Below are positions 18,185-27,956 of a stretch of 64,000 nt of DNA, piece after piece. Made by a program: the position numbers and the translations under genes. Position 1 is the first letter of the stretch; the number at the start of each line of letters is the position of its first letter. The stretch lies in assembly GCA_002706065.1 (NCBI GenBank), contig PAJM01000017.1, positions 12,722 through 76,721 of the forward strand, in the 5' to 3' direction. This stretch comes from Methanobacteriota archaeon. GTDB taxonomy: Archaea > Thermoplasmatota > Poseidoniia > Poseidoniales > Poseidoniaceae. The notes beneath the pieces are model-generated. The model had not been told where the DNA came from, searched no databases, and saw only the letters and a list, made by a program, of their open reading frames with translations.

Positions 18185-20212
18185 TTATTCCTCAGGGATG
18201 AACATTTCATCTTGGTATCCGACAATTTCATCTCCAGTTTCATCTTCCTCAATGACGACAGTTCCTTCATCATCATCAAACTCAATGATGGTTCCATAAT
18301 AATCTTCGCCGTCAATCTCAAGTCCGACATACGAACCAATATCAAATTCTTCTTCCTCGGGTTCTTCCCCGTCATCAGCATCGGTTTCTTCTGAATCCTC
18401 ATCTGCTTCTTCATCGCTGATTTCCTCGCTCGTTGATTCGTCTTCATTCTCGTCCATGTCCGACTTTTCTTCGTCTTCAATCGCTTCCTGTACTTCGGCT
18501 CGATCATCATCAACATCTCGCATTGCCTTGAGACGTGCTCGCCATCCCGGTGCCAAGATGAGATGCGTGTACAGGCTCCAAATAAGACCTAATCCAGATA
18601 TGATCATGAGGATGATAGCATCAAGATAAAATCCTCCTGGCATAGATGATGCTTTTCCAGAGAACGGTGTTAGAGAATTCTTACATTCACCTTCTTGATA
18701 TTCAGGAACACAAGGATATGCGTCCCCTTCAGAAATGACTTTACCATCAATCATGATACTGTCATCTGGTGCATCGGGTTTGGCATCGAATTCGACCATT
18801 CCTCCAGTCCCATCGACGAATGGGATGAGCGCATTGACAAGTAAACCAACGATTAGGATAGCGAAGGACGTATGAATAAGAGGCCAATACACATCGTGCC
18901 ATTTCTTTGACATAAAGCGCGTTTGCATTTCTGTTGGGAATGTTTTGACGGTCTCTGCTTCCTCATCTTCAATGGTTGAAATTTCATCCTCATGACGTTC
19001 GATGGCATTGACAAATTCGATCATGTCAATGTTACCGTCGCCATCTGTATCCATCGAACTGAGTAGGGACTCTGCTTCTGATTCGGTTAGCCCGTGTGGC
19101 AATATCACATTCAATTTATGAACCAGTTCTTCAGAAGTTAGGAGTCGATCACCATCGTCATCGAGATCGCCGAACGCGTTCACAAGCGATTTATCTTCTT
19201 CTTCAATTACATCGAGGAGTTGTTCAATAATTTCTGCAGATGAACGTTGAGTTTCGAATGATTCTGTTTGCACATCCTCTTCTTCATCCTCTTCTCCAGG
19301 GTCATCTGATTCAGTTTCGATAATATCTCTTGAGTCATCTTCTTCGGAATCTGTTTCGAAAATTTGTTCTTCCGCCTCTTCTTCATCGAGAGCATCGTCT
19401 TCGTGAATCTCTTCTGTATCATCTGAATCTTCCTCAGGCTCGGAAACGTCCTCATCTAGTTCTTCTTCAGAGACTGGTTCGCTCTCATCCGATTCTTCCT
19501 CAGCTGACTCAGCGGTGTCTCCAACATCGGTTGCATCCAAGTTAGTGCGTGCATTCCATGCTTCTGCAGCCGTCTGCAACTCTTCCTTTTTGAGATATTG
19601 ATTACCATCCGTATTGAAATCTCCAGCAAAAGCAATGAATTCTTCTTTGTCGGATTCATCGATTTCAAACGATTGCATAATTTTCGACAGAACATTTTCG
19701 TTGAATTGCAGAGTTTCCTGTTCATCACCATCATCACTTGGCCCGGAATCATCCTGGAGCTCTTCTCCACCAATGATGGATTGCAGTTCCACCAAATCAA
19801 TTAGGCTATCACCATCTTGATCAATTGCTTCGACCAAACGGTCGACTTGTGATGGAGGAAGATCCGCAAGATTGAGTGAAAGAAGGCCTTCTTTGAGTTC
19901 GCCCGAATCGATCATGTTGTCATTATTGGTATCGAAGCGGCCAAACAACGTCTTGACATCCATCTTATTCATTGCCATCCAACTACGTAAGATATCAACA
20001 ACATCATCAGCGACGAATACCACACCACAATCAGGACACTTCGTGGAGTCAAGTGGTACCAGTGAGTTGCATGCACCACACTCTCCCAAGGCTTCATCCG
20101 AAACACCTGAAAATGAAATTCCACATTCTGGACATTCGCTTGTGTTGATCGGTACGATAGCCCGGCAAGAGCCACATTCGGCCATGGGAGTTTCTTCATT
20201 TTCATCCGACAT
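18185..20212 (-). CDS. Double zinc-ribbon / multi-EF-hand membrane protein
   Basis: Four CxxC pairs; EF loops DTNNDNMIDSGE, DQDGDSLIDLVE, NTDGNQYLKKEE, DDDGDRLLTSEE, DTDGDGNIDMIE; two TMs; acidic linkers; ATG at 20212 (MSDENEE). Confidence 0.88.
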   Translation of the reverse strand: MSDENEETPMAECGSCRAIVPINTSECPECGISFSGVSDEALGECGACNSLVPLDSTKCPDCGVVFVADDVVDILRSWMAMNKMDVKTLFGRFDTNNDNMIDSGELKEGLLSLNLADLPPSQVDRLVEAIDQDGDSLIDLVELQSIIGGEELQDDSGPSDDGDEQETLQFNENVLSKIMQSFEIDESDKEEFIAFAGDFNTDGNQYLKKEELQTAAEAWNARTNLDATDVGDTAESAEEESDESEPVSEEELDEDVSEPEEDSDDTEEIHEDDALDEEEAEEQIFETDSEEDDSRDIIETESDDPGEEDEEEDVQTESFETQRSSAEIIEQLLDVIEEEDKSLVNAFGDLDDDGDRLLTSEELVHKLNVILPHGLTESEAESLLSSMDTDGDGNIDMIEFVNAIERHEDEISTIEDEEAETVKTFPTEMQTRFMSKKWHDVYWPLIHTSFAILIVGLLVNALIPFVDGTGGMVEFDAKPDAPDDSIMIDGKVISEGDAYPCVPEYQEGECKNSLTPFSGKASSMPGGFYLDAIILMIISGLGLIWSLYTHLILAPGWRARLKAMRDVDDDRAEVQEAIEDEEKSDMDENEDESTSEEISDEEADEDSEETDADDGEEPEEEEFDIGSYVGLEIDGEDYYGTIIEFDDDEGTVVIEEDETGDEIVGYQDEMFIPEE

Positions 20213-20322
20213 TGTTTTTCCCCAACACTCACCAAGACATGAGCGAATATAATGATTGATGGTCATTTACACGATGAAACCTATTTATCTTCGTCCACAA
20301 GGACCATCTGGAGGGACTTTGT

Positions 20323-21177
20323 ATGACGGGCCGTATTCATTCCATCCAAGCGGAGGACACTGAATCTTTCATTGAGGCTTTTGATCAAATTGAGAACCAA
20401 GGCGAGGGCCGTCAAATTTTCATTTCTCGTTACCCTCAATCCAGATTGATTGATTTGCTTGACATCTCAAAAATGCAGTGCTATTGGATGACAACTGTCC
20501 AGGATACAGGCGTTCTTGAACCGAGTCTTGAGAAAATAAATCATTTCATAGAATCTTTGCTTCGCTCTGAATCAGGAACCATCTATCTCGAAGGTGCTGA
20601 ATGGCTCTTCTCATTGCACGGTTTTGATGCCGTTCAATCGATGATTCGCACATTAGCGGAAAAAGTCTCAATAAGTCAGTGGTCGATCTTCATTTCAATT
20701 TCAAGAGACAGTCTGGACATGCGTGAACGTTCTCGTTTTTATCGCGAAGCACCACTCTTTGAGGTCAATACGATTCAGCACAATGTCATCTCCGATGATG
20801 GGGATTCGGGCAACATCGACACGATGCAATCGGCATCGGTTGAGATGGATTTATCGGATGATGGTTCTCCAAAGTTGTTCCTCCTTACTCGATTACCCCG
20901 TTCGGGATTCAGCAAGAGGATTCTCCAACGACGTATCCTTCAATGGAGGAGGATGGGATTGGATACTTCGGACATCGAAGCGGTCTTGTATTTGCAAGAT
21001 GTTGATGAAATATATTCAAAATATCGAGGTGTCGAAGAACAAGTCCGGCGTGCGACGGAATTAGAACAACACGTACTCGAACATGTATCTGATAGCCATG
21101 AACGTACAATCGCATTGTTCCGTATACGTCAATTAACAGGTCTTGATGAACTTGAAAGAATCTACTTCTCAGATTGA
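20323..21177 (+). CDS. DUF835-domain protein (KaiC/RecA-like, no Walker A seen) with C-terminal helical domain
   Basis: ISR, YWMT, P.LEKI, IYLEG.EWL...GF pattern typical of DUF835. Confidence 0.75.
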   Translation: MTGRIHSIQAEDTESFIEAFDQIENQGEGRQIFISRYPQSRLIDLLDISKMQCYWMTTVQDTGVLEPSLEKINHFIESLLRSESGTIYLEGAEWLFSLHGFDAVQSMIRTLAEKVSISQWSIFISISRDSLDMRERSRFYREAPLFEVNTIQHNVISDDGDSGNIDTMQSASVEMDLSDDGSPKLFLLTRLPRSGFSKRILQRRILQWRRMGLDTSDIEAVLYLQDVDEIYSKYRGVEEQVRRATELEQHVLEHVSDSHERTIALFRIRQLTGLDELERIYFSD

Positions 21178-22728
21178 TTTGCGAAGCGGATTCTTCAACG
21201 TTGATTGAATGATTGACAACCAACTCGATTTTGTTAACTCGTCAGCTATTGAAATAATTTCATCGCTAGTACTGCGGTCAGCTCGACCTTCGAGAACGAC
21301 GTTATTCATGCATCGTATCATGGATTGAACACATGTTGAGGAAGGAGTTTCAATGATGGTGATGGCTCTGTGTGCTACGAAGGCTTCACAGGCAATCACC
21401 TCGGAGCAGCGTTCAATCGCTTGCAATAAATTCCAACTTGCTGTTGCACCCATACTCACATGATCTTCCTGGCCAGCAGAGGTTGTCGTTGAGAATGCAG
21501 TTCTTGGTGTTGAATGGCCATGCAACTCACCAAGTGCCGCAGCGGCTGCATACTGAACGATCATGAGGCCTGACTCCAATCCTGCATTATCTGCCAAAAA
21601 CGGTTTGATGGCAAGCCGATTTGGATCGAGCATTTGATCGATACGACGTTCACTCATTGAAGATAATTCAAACAATGCTAAACTCATTGCGTCGGATACG
21701 AATCCAAGTACCTCTGCATGAAAATTACCTTGGGACACGACTTCATGCGGACCGGGATCCACCGGGTCAGGGAAAATCAATGGATTATCTGTCGACGAAT
21801 TCAATTCAATTGTGACCGTTTGAATCAATTTGTGAAGCGATTCTTGTACTGGCCCGTGAACCTGCGGTATGCATCGAAACGAATACGGATCTTGGATTCG
21901 ATTGCATTCATGATGGTTTGATAGAATTGTCGAATCATCGAGAATTGCCCGAATCCTTTCAGCGACAAAGAGTTGGCCTAAATGTGGGCGGGTTCGATGA
22001 ATTCGGTCATCATACGGTGTTAACGTGGATTCAGTTGCATCGAGCGACATGGCTGCAACAATGTCTGCATAGGTCAACAATTGACGAAGTTGTTCAACAG
22101 CAATCGCTAACATTCCTGTTATGAGGCTGGTGCCATTGATGAGAGATAATCCATCTTTTGCGCGTAGAGTAAGCGGTGCGAGTTCACAACGCTGTATTGC
22201 ATCATAGGCCGATATGACTTCACCGTTGTACTCGACATTCCCTTCACCGACAAGAGCGCAGGCAAGATGAGAGAGTGGTGCTAAATCCCCACTAGCGCCA
22301 AGACTACCGATACGTGGAATAATCGGATGAATTGAATGATTGATGAACTGTTCGAGTTGCGAAATCACATCCGGATGACAACCCGAATGACCTTTGACAA
22401 GTGAATTAAGTCGCACGCACATCATTGCACGAACAATTTCTGTTGAGAGGTTGGGCCCTAAACCAGTTGCATGAGAGCGTACAAGATTAAGTTGCAATTG
22501 TTCAACATCATCTTGACTCACCCGTGTTTGAACCAGCGAGCCAAAACCAGTATTGATCCCATAAACCGTTTCATCTCCCTCGACGATTCGATCGACAACA
22601 CTTCGGGCCAATTTTACTTTGAGCATGGCTTCTGGAGCAACCTGGACTGTTGCTCGACCGTATGCCACATCATGAACATCAAGCGTGTTGACAGTTGTCC
22701 CATCCAGTGTCACAATCCGCTTATTCAT
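21169..22728 (-). CDS. hutH: Histidine ammonia-lyase
   Basis: VYGINTGFG, MIO motif GASGDLAPL, INGT, QDPYSFRC.PQVHG, QEDHVSMG. Confidence 0.95.
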   Translation of the reverse strand: MNKRIVTLDGTTVNTLDVHDVAYGRATVQVAPEAMLKVKLARSVVDRIVEGDETVYGINTGFGSLVQTRVSQDDVEQLQLNLVRSHATGLGPNLSTEIVRAMMCVRLNSLVKGHSGCHPDVISQLEQFINHSIHPIIPRIGSLGASGDLAPLSHLACALVGEGNVEYNGEVISAYDAIQRCELAPLTLRAKDGLSLINGTSLITGMLAIAVEQLRQLLTYADIVAAMSLDATESTLTPYDDRIHRTRPHLGQLFVAERIRAILDDSTILSNHHECNRIQDPYSFRCIPQVHGPVQESLHKLIQTVTIELNSSTDNPLIFPDPVDPGPHEVVSQGNFHAEVLGFVSDAMSLALFELSSMSERRIDQMLDPNRLAIKPFLADNAGLESGLMIVQYAAAAALGELHGHSTPRTAFSTTTSAGQEDHVSMGATASWNLLQAIERCSEVIACEAFVAHRAITIIETPSSTCVQSMIRCMNNVVLEGRADRSTSDEIISIADELTKSSWLSIIQSTLKNPLRKSI

Positions 22729-24739
22729 GTACGCCACCATCCAATAACGTGTCGAGTATGGAATCCTCTACCAATTGTGGTATTGTGACTTGAAGTTGAG
22801 GATTAATGTCCATGGCTCTCTGAATGGACGTAATAGCGCCATGATTTCTAGCCCATGCTCGACGTGCTACACCGTTGGAAACATCCCAGTGGAGCATGGA
22901 TTCAAGGCGCCTCATCGAATCCTCTGTTCCATCGATAAGGAGTCCAAAGCCGCCATTGGATACTTCTCCCCAACCGACACCTCCACCATTATGGAGGCTG
23001 ACCCAAGTAGCTCCACGCATAGCGTCGCCTACGAAATTTTGTACTGACATATCAGCAGTCCACTGTGATCCATCCCCTATGTTGGCTGTTTCACGATAAG
23101 GTGAATCAGTTCCACTCACATCATGATGATCCCGTCCAAGGACAATCGGTGCTGAGATTCGACCATCGGCTACAGCTTGATTCATAGCAGCAGCGATTCG
23201 TGTACGTCCTTGTTCATCAGCGTAAAGAATTCGAGCCTTCGATCCAACGACCAGGGCATGTTGTTCTGCCTCTTGGATCCATTTGAGATTGTCCTGTATT
23301 TGCTGACGAATATCCTGATCGCTCTCTTCGTCGAGCATTTCTGCAAGCACTTGTTCAGCAATTTTGTCGGATTCTGCTAAATCTGAATCCAAACCAGATG
23401 AGCACACCCAACGGAACGGACCAAATCCACGGTCAAAACACAACGGGCCCATGATGTCTTCAACGTATGAGGGGTATTTGTAGGTGCCATCGGGTTGGAA
23501 AATGTCCGCTCCTGCACGTCCAGATTCCAGCAAGAATGCATTGCCATAATCCCAAAAGAACATGCCTTTTGAGACCAATGTATTGATTGCATCTACATGC
23601 CTGCAGAGGGATTGTTGCACCAATGTTCGAAATGTATCAGGTTGTTCATGCATCAGGTTCTGAGCTTCATCGAAGTCCAAACCAGCGGGGAAATAGCCCC
23701 CTTGGAATGGATTGTGAAGAGATGTTTGATCGCTTCCAAGATGGACAAATACATCACGCTCAACAATTCGTTCCCAGAGGTCAACAATGTTGCCTACGTA
23801 TCCGATTGAGGTTCCTTTCTTATGTTCTGATGCTGAAATCATGCTGTCGATGGCCTCATCGACGTCGTATGCTAATTGCTCAACCCAACCTTGTCGGTAC
23901 CGTTTTTCAGCAGCAATTGGATTAGATTCAGCAACAATACATGCTGCACCAGCGATGACTGCGGCTTTGGCTTGAGCACCCGACATTCCGCCTAGTCCTG
24001 ATGTGATGAATCGAAGACCACTCAAATCACTGTTTGAAGCAACACCAAATTTCATCCGGGCAGCATTCATCAACGTAATTGTCGTTCCATGAACAATCCC
24101 CTGAGGACCGATGTACATGTACGAACCTGCTGTCATTTGACCATACTGTGTAACCCCCATGGCATTCAGTCGTTCGTAATTCTCTGTTGAGGAATAATTT
24201 GGTATCATCATGCCGTTGGTGACAACCACCCGCGGAGCATCTTTCGACGAAGGGAAGAGCCCAAGTGGATGGCCTGAATACATCACAAGTGTTTGCTCGT
24301 CAGTCATTTCGGAGAGGTACTTCATGACAAGACGGTATTGTGCCCAATTTTGAAACACGGCACCATTTCCACCATAGGTGATTAATTCGTTAGGAAATTG
24401 AGCTACCCGCGGGTCAAGATTGTTGTCGATCATTAGCATAATTGCCGCAGCATGAGTTGAAACTGCGGAATATTCGTGTATTGGCCGTGCGCGAATGGTT
24501 TGCTGTGGGCGGAATCTATGCATGTAAATTCTACCTAATTCACGTAATTCCTTGAGGAATTCTTTACTCAATACTTCATGGTGATTGGGATCGAAATAGC
24601 GCAGTGCATTTTGCAATGCTAGGCGTTCTTCAATTACAGAGAGCACTCGTTTACGTACTGGTGCGTGATCGACTTCGGCATCAAGACCAGGGTGTGTCGG
24701 CAAGTCATCGGGCAAACCAAATGAGAAATCGCTGACCAT
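22721..24739 (-). CDS. hutU: Urocanate hydratase (long ~670-aa type)
   Basis: ELITYGGNG, YGQMTAGSYMYIGPQGIVHGT, GLGGMSGAQ, GRDHHD, HNGGGVG.G. Confidence 0.96.
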   Translation of the reverse strand: MVSDFSFGLPDDLPTHPGLDAEVDHAPVRKRVLSVIEERLALQNALRYFDPNHHEVLSKEFLKELRELGRIYMHRFRPQQTIRARPIHEYSAVSTHAAAIMLMIDNNLDPRVAQFPNELITYGGNGAVFQNWAQYRLVMKYLSEMTDEQTLVMYSGHPLGLFPSSKDAPRVVVTNGMMIPNYSSTENYERLNAMGVTQYGQMTAGSYMYIGPQGIVHGTTITLMNAARMKFGVASNSDLSGLRFITSGLGGMSGAQAKAAVIAGAACIVAESNPIAAEKRYRQGWVEQLAYDVDEAIDSMISASEHKKGTSIGYVGNIVDLWERIVERDVFVHLGSDQTSLHNPFQGGYFPAGLDFDEAQNLMHEQPDTFRTLVQQSLCRHVDAINTLVSKGMFFWDYGNAFLLESGRAGADIFQPDGTYKYPSYVEDIMGPLCFDRGFGPFRWVCSSGLDSDLAESDKIAEQVLAEMLDEESDQDIRQQIQDNLKWIQEAEQHALVVGSKARILYADEQGRTRIAAAMNQAVADGRISAPIVLGRDHHDVSGTDSPYRETANIGDGSQWTADMSVQNFVGDAMRGATWVSLHNGGGVGWGEVSNGGFGLLIDGTEDSMRRLESMLHWDVSNGVARRAWARNHGAITSIQRAMDINPQLQVTIPQLVEDSILDTLLDGGVHE

Positions 24740-24839
24740 TTTGCTCCCCCTACTTCGTCCCAATGTATCGAAGGACTTGAGGATTATTCATGACATGTCA
24801 AGCCGACGGGTTGAAGAAGAGAGGGTGTATGATAGCATC

Positions 24840-26726
24840 ATGACCCAAGACACGCATGTCGATGCGATTGTTGTGGAAGCAGAGAAAGACATGACGAAAT
24901 CATTCAACTCTGTCCTTGGTGCCACGATTGCTGTATGCATCGTCTTCTTGTTCATCTCCGCTTCATACGACAAAACAGTATCTGCTTCAATCGAAAACGA
25001 CGGAGATTCCACTACAGAATATGTTCCTGTATGGGAACGATATTTGGAAGACTATGTTACCGATGCTGATTTTGGTTCTGTTCTGGAATCTGGACCCTAT
25101 GAATTACTGAACACATCCAATGAGTGGGGTTCTACACATTATTTTGTTGAATATGAAATCCCAATCGAAGAAGGCGGTGCTGCTCCATTCGGTTTGATTA
25201 GTCTCGCTGTCTGGCTCCCGAGTGCAGTCGATGAGGGCATTAAAGTTCCAGTGATTGCTGAGAGTGGGCCATATTTCCAAGAACCGTCTGTACAGACTGA
25301 CAGTATTGAAGTTCCCGGCAGTTGGTTGGGCACAATGATCATTGAAGACATACTTCCGCATGGGTATGCTTTCGCACAAATTTCTGTTGCGGGTACGGGT
25401 CGTTCCAATCACTGTATGGATCTCATGGGTACTGCTGAACAGTTGGGCAATGATGCTGCTGTTCGCTGGTTAGCGGAACAAGAATGGAGCAACGGCAACG
25501 TGGGGCTAATCGGCAAATCGTATGATGGTTCAACGCCTTGGCAAGCAGCGATGTTTGGTAGTGAACACGATTATCTCAAAACCATCGTTCCAATTTCAGG
25601 ACTCATTGGTGTAAAAGAATTGATGTGGCGAAATGGCAGCTCTGAGGCTCGTGCACCGATTATGCACAACGGAGTTTACGGCTCATACGGGATTGATGGC
25701 GACGAGGAAGACTATCAGAACCTCTGTCCAGATTACGTTATTGGTCCAGGAACCGGTGCCTCAGCTTATCTACTTGGTTCGGAACAGTTTGGCGATTATT
25801 GGGCTGAACGGTACTTTTTAGACCGTGTATTGGAGAACTACCAAGGTTCCGTTTATCTCATTCAAGGTATGCACGATTGGAATGTAGACCCCCACATGGC
25901 AGTACCGACGATCAACGCACTAATCGATGCAGGGATTGATGCGAAAGGATTGTTCGGGCAATGGGACCATGATTATCCTGATAGACCTATTCAGCTGTCT
26001 GAACGAAGTGATTTGGGTGGAAGAGGCGGAGAAGCATTTCCTCAAATGATTCGATACGACTGGATGCAAGATTTACTTGAATGGTTCGAATATTATCTAC
26101 AAGAACGCGGTCCTAAACCCGGACTCTGGATTGAAGTTCAAGACAACTACGGTGAATGGCGAGTTGAGATGAATCGTTATCCTCCATCGGATACGACCGA
26201 GTGGGTAGCTGATTTGGGAGGTTCGTTATCAAATGTTGGTGGTTCACTGACCATTTTACCAGATGCTTCATCTGGTCCTGTTTGGGAAACTGAACCACTC
26301 ACCGAAACCTTACGAGTTGCAGGAACACCTCGCCTCCATGTTGATGTAACAACAGCTAGTGTTGGTGGCCAACTCTATGCTCTCCTCGAAGATTGTTACG
26401 AAGGCTCTTGCATCCACGTTGGACATGCAATCATGGATCTCCGGTACTATGCGGGTGGAGACGATATTCAAACTTGGACACCGGTGTTTGAAACCATTAA
26501 TGCGAAGATGGAATTTATGCCGCTTGATGCCATTATTGAGGAAGGGCATACAATCCGAGTCTCGCTAGCATCAACCGGAGAGGATTATCTTCCAGCAAGT
26601 ACCTCAACGATTGTAACTGTACAAGAAGGGGAAACTTCGACACTCCAGTTGGATACAATCGATCGAAATTCAGAAGAACGAATCTACTTCACGCCACCGA
26701 TTTGTACTCACGAGGTGTGCTCTTAG
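24840..26726 (+). CDS. CocE/NonD (S15 Xaa-Pro dipeptidyl-peptidase-like) hydrolase, membrane-anchored
   Basis: N-terminal TM, GTGRS, WSNGNVGLIGKSYDG, HDWNV, GQWDH. Confidence 0.88.
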   Translation: MTQDTHVDAIVVEAEKDMTKSFNSVLGATIAVCIVFLFISASYDKTVSASIENDGDSTTEYVPVWERYLEDYVTDADFGSVLESGPYELLNTSNEWGSTHYFVEYEIPIEEGGAAPFGLISLAVWLPSAVDEGIKVPVIAESGPYFQEPSVQTDSIEVPGSWLGTMIIEDILPHGYAFAQISVAGTGRSNHCMDLMGTAEQLGNDAAVRWLAEQEWSNGNVGLIGKSYDGSTPWQAAMFGSEHDYLKTIVPISGLIGVKELMWRNGSSEARAPIMHNGVYGSYGIDGDEEDYQNLCPDYVIGPGTGASAYLLGSEQFGDYWAERYFLDRVLENYQGSVYLIQGMHDWNVDPHMAVPTINALIDAGIDAKGLFGQWDHDYPDRPIQLSERSDLGGRGGEAFPQMIRYDWMQDLLEWFEYYLQERGPKPGLWIEVQDNYGEWRVEMNRYPPSDTTEWVADLGGSLSNVGGSLTILPDASSGPVWETEPLTETLRVAGTPRLHVDVTTASVGGQLYALLEDCYEGSCIHVGHAIMDLRYYAGGDDIQTWTPVFETINAKMEFMPLDAIIEEGHTIRVSLASTGEDYLPASTSTIVTVQEGETSTLQLDTIDRNSEERIYFTPPICTHEVCS

Positions 26727-27948
26727 GATTCCATATGGTGAAGATAAATCCGCTGAAAATCATCAGACAGGCGAATGCAAGTATTCCTTGCTGCAGATTA
26801 ACGTACCCGTTTTCAATAAGGAAACCAGCAGAAATTGTTGAAATCACTTGACCAATGGATAACAAAAGCATGTCTGTGGAAAACACTCTTCCACGCATCT
26901 CGTCTTCTACCCACTGTTGGGTGAGTACAGTCGAAAGCACCCAATTACCGCCACTCGCTGTATGTGCTAACGTGACCAGCATGAGGGTGAGAATCAACGG
27001 CCCTTGCAAGCTAAGGCCAACGAGCAGATAGAACATACCACTCGCAACGATGAGAAGCCCAACGAGTCGTGGCCATTTTTCTGAATCCTTGAAGAAGCGT
27101 CGTGCGAGGATTGGACCAATACCAGTACCTACACCACGTGCGAAAAAGAAGATTCCAAACCCGAGTGCGGCACCAACAAACTCAATCTCGCTTCCGGCTA
27201 AAACCAAATACACACCTGCCAAGCCTCCTCCTGCAATATTCCACGACGTTTTGGCAAAGATGATTCGAAACAATCTCGGATCAGATTGTATTCTTTTCTG
27301 CCCCAACCATATGTCCTTCAATGAAGATGAAATGATTGAGCCTGACGATGCTTTATCGTACGTTTGTGGCACTGTTAACGGAATCAGAATCAACGTGCCA
27401 ACCAAGAATGTAAAGGAATCAATGACGAAGGCTATGGCCACACCATATTCGGAAACCACAAGTCCTCCTGCAAAGGCTCCCATGCACAACGCAGTAGACC
27501 AGGTCGCACTATCCAGTGCGTTGGCTGTTGTTAGGTCCTCTTTCGCAACAATGTTTGGCAAAGCGGCTCTTTCTGCCGTAACATAAAGGCCATGTAGGGC
27601 CATCATGATTCCAGAACAGAGGAACATCCACCACATGTCTTCTGGACCATCCACGGCTATGAATGCCAGAGCGAGGAAAATCTGTATTACGTTTGTTAAA
27701 ATCATTAATTTTTTACGATTGATCCGGTCTGCGAGTAACCCAAAAAACGGTTGCATGAGTGCAAAACACCCCATGCGTACGGCCATCAAAACGCCGAGCA
27801 AGAGTTCAGAATCCGTATATTTTAGAATAATAAGAAACAGTGCAATTGTATTGAACCATTCTCCAAACATGGATATGAATGCAGCAATCCAAAATTTTCG
27901 ATAGGTCTTATTCTCACGAACAAGCCGAAGATACGCATTATCACTCAT
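26689..27948 (-). CDS. MFS transporter
   Basis: About 12 hydrophobic segments; GLLADRINRKK motif A; MRGRVFS. Confidence 0.9.
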   Translation of the reverse strand: MSDNAYLRLVRENKTYRKFWIAAFISMFGEWFNTIALFLIILKYTDSELLLGVLMAVRMGCFALMQPFFGLLADRINRKKLMILTNVIQIFLALAFIAVDGPEDMWWMFLCSGIMMALHGLYVTAERAALPNIVAKEDLTTANALDSATWSTALCMGAFAGGLVVSEYGVAIAFVIDSFTFLVGTLILIPLTVPQTYDKASSGSIISSSLKDIWLGQKRIQSDPRLFRIIFAKTSWNIAGGGLAGVYLVLAGSEIEFVGAALGFGIFFFARGVGTGIGPILARRFFKDSEKWPRLVGLLIVASGMFYLLVGLSLQGPLILTLMLVTLAHTASGGNWVLSTVLTQQWVEDEMRGRVFSTDMLLLSIGQVISTISAGFLIENGYVNLQQGILAFACLMIFSGFIFTIWNPKSTPREYKSVA

Positions 27949-27956
27949 ATGCTCAC

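Noticed and set aside
18185-19520. DNA tandem repeats or CRISPR-like array in TCTTC/TCATC-rich stretches
   Set aside because: These are codons of Asp/Glu-rich linkers; no constant repeat-spacer periodicity
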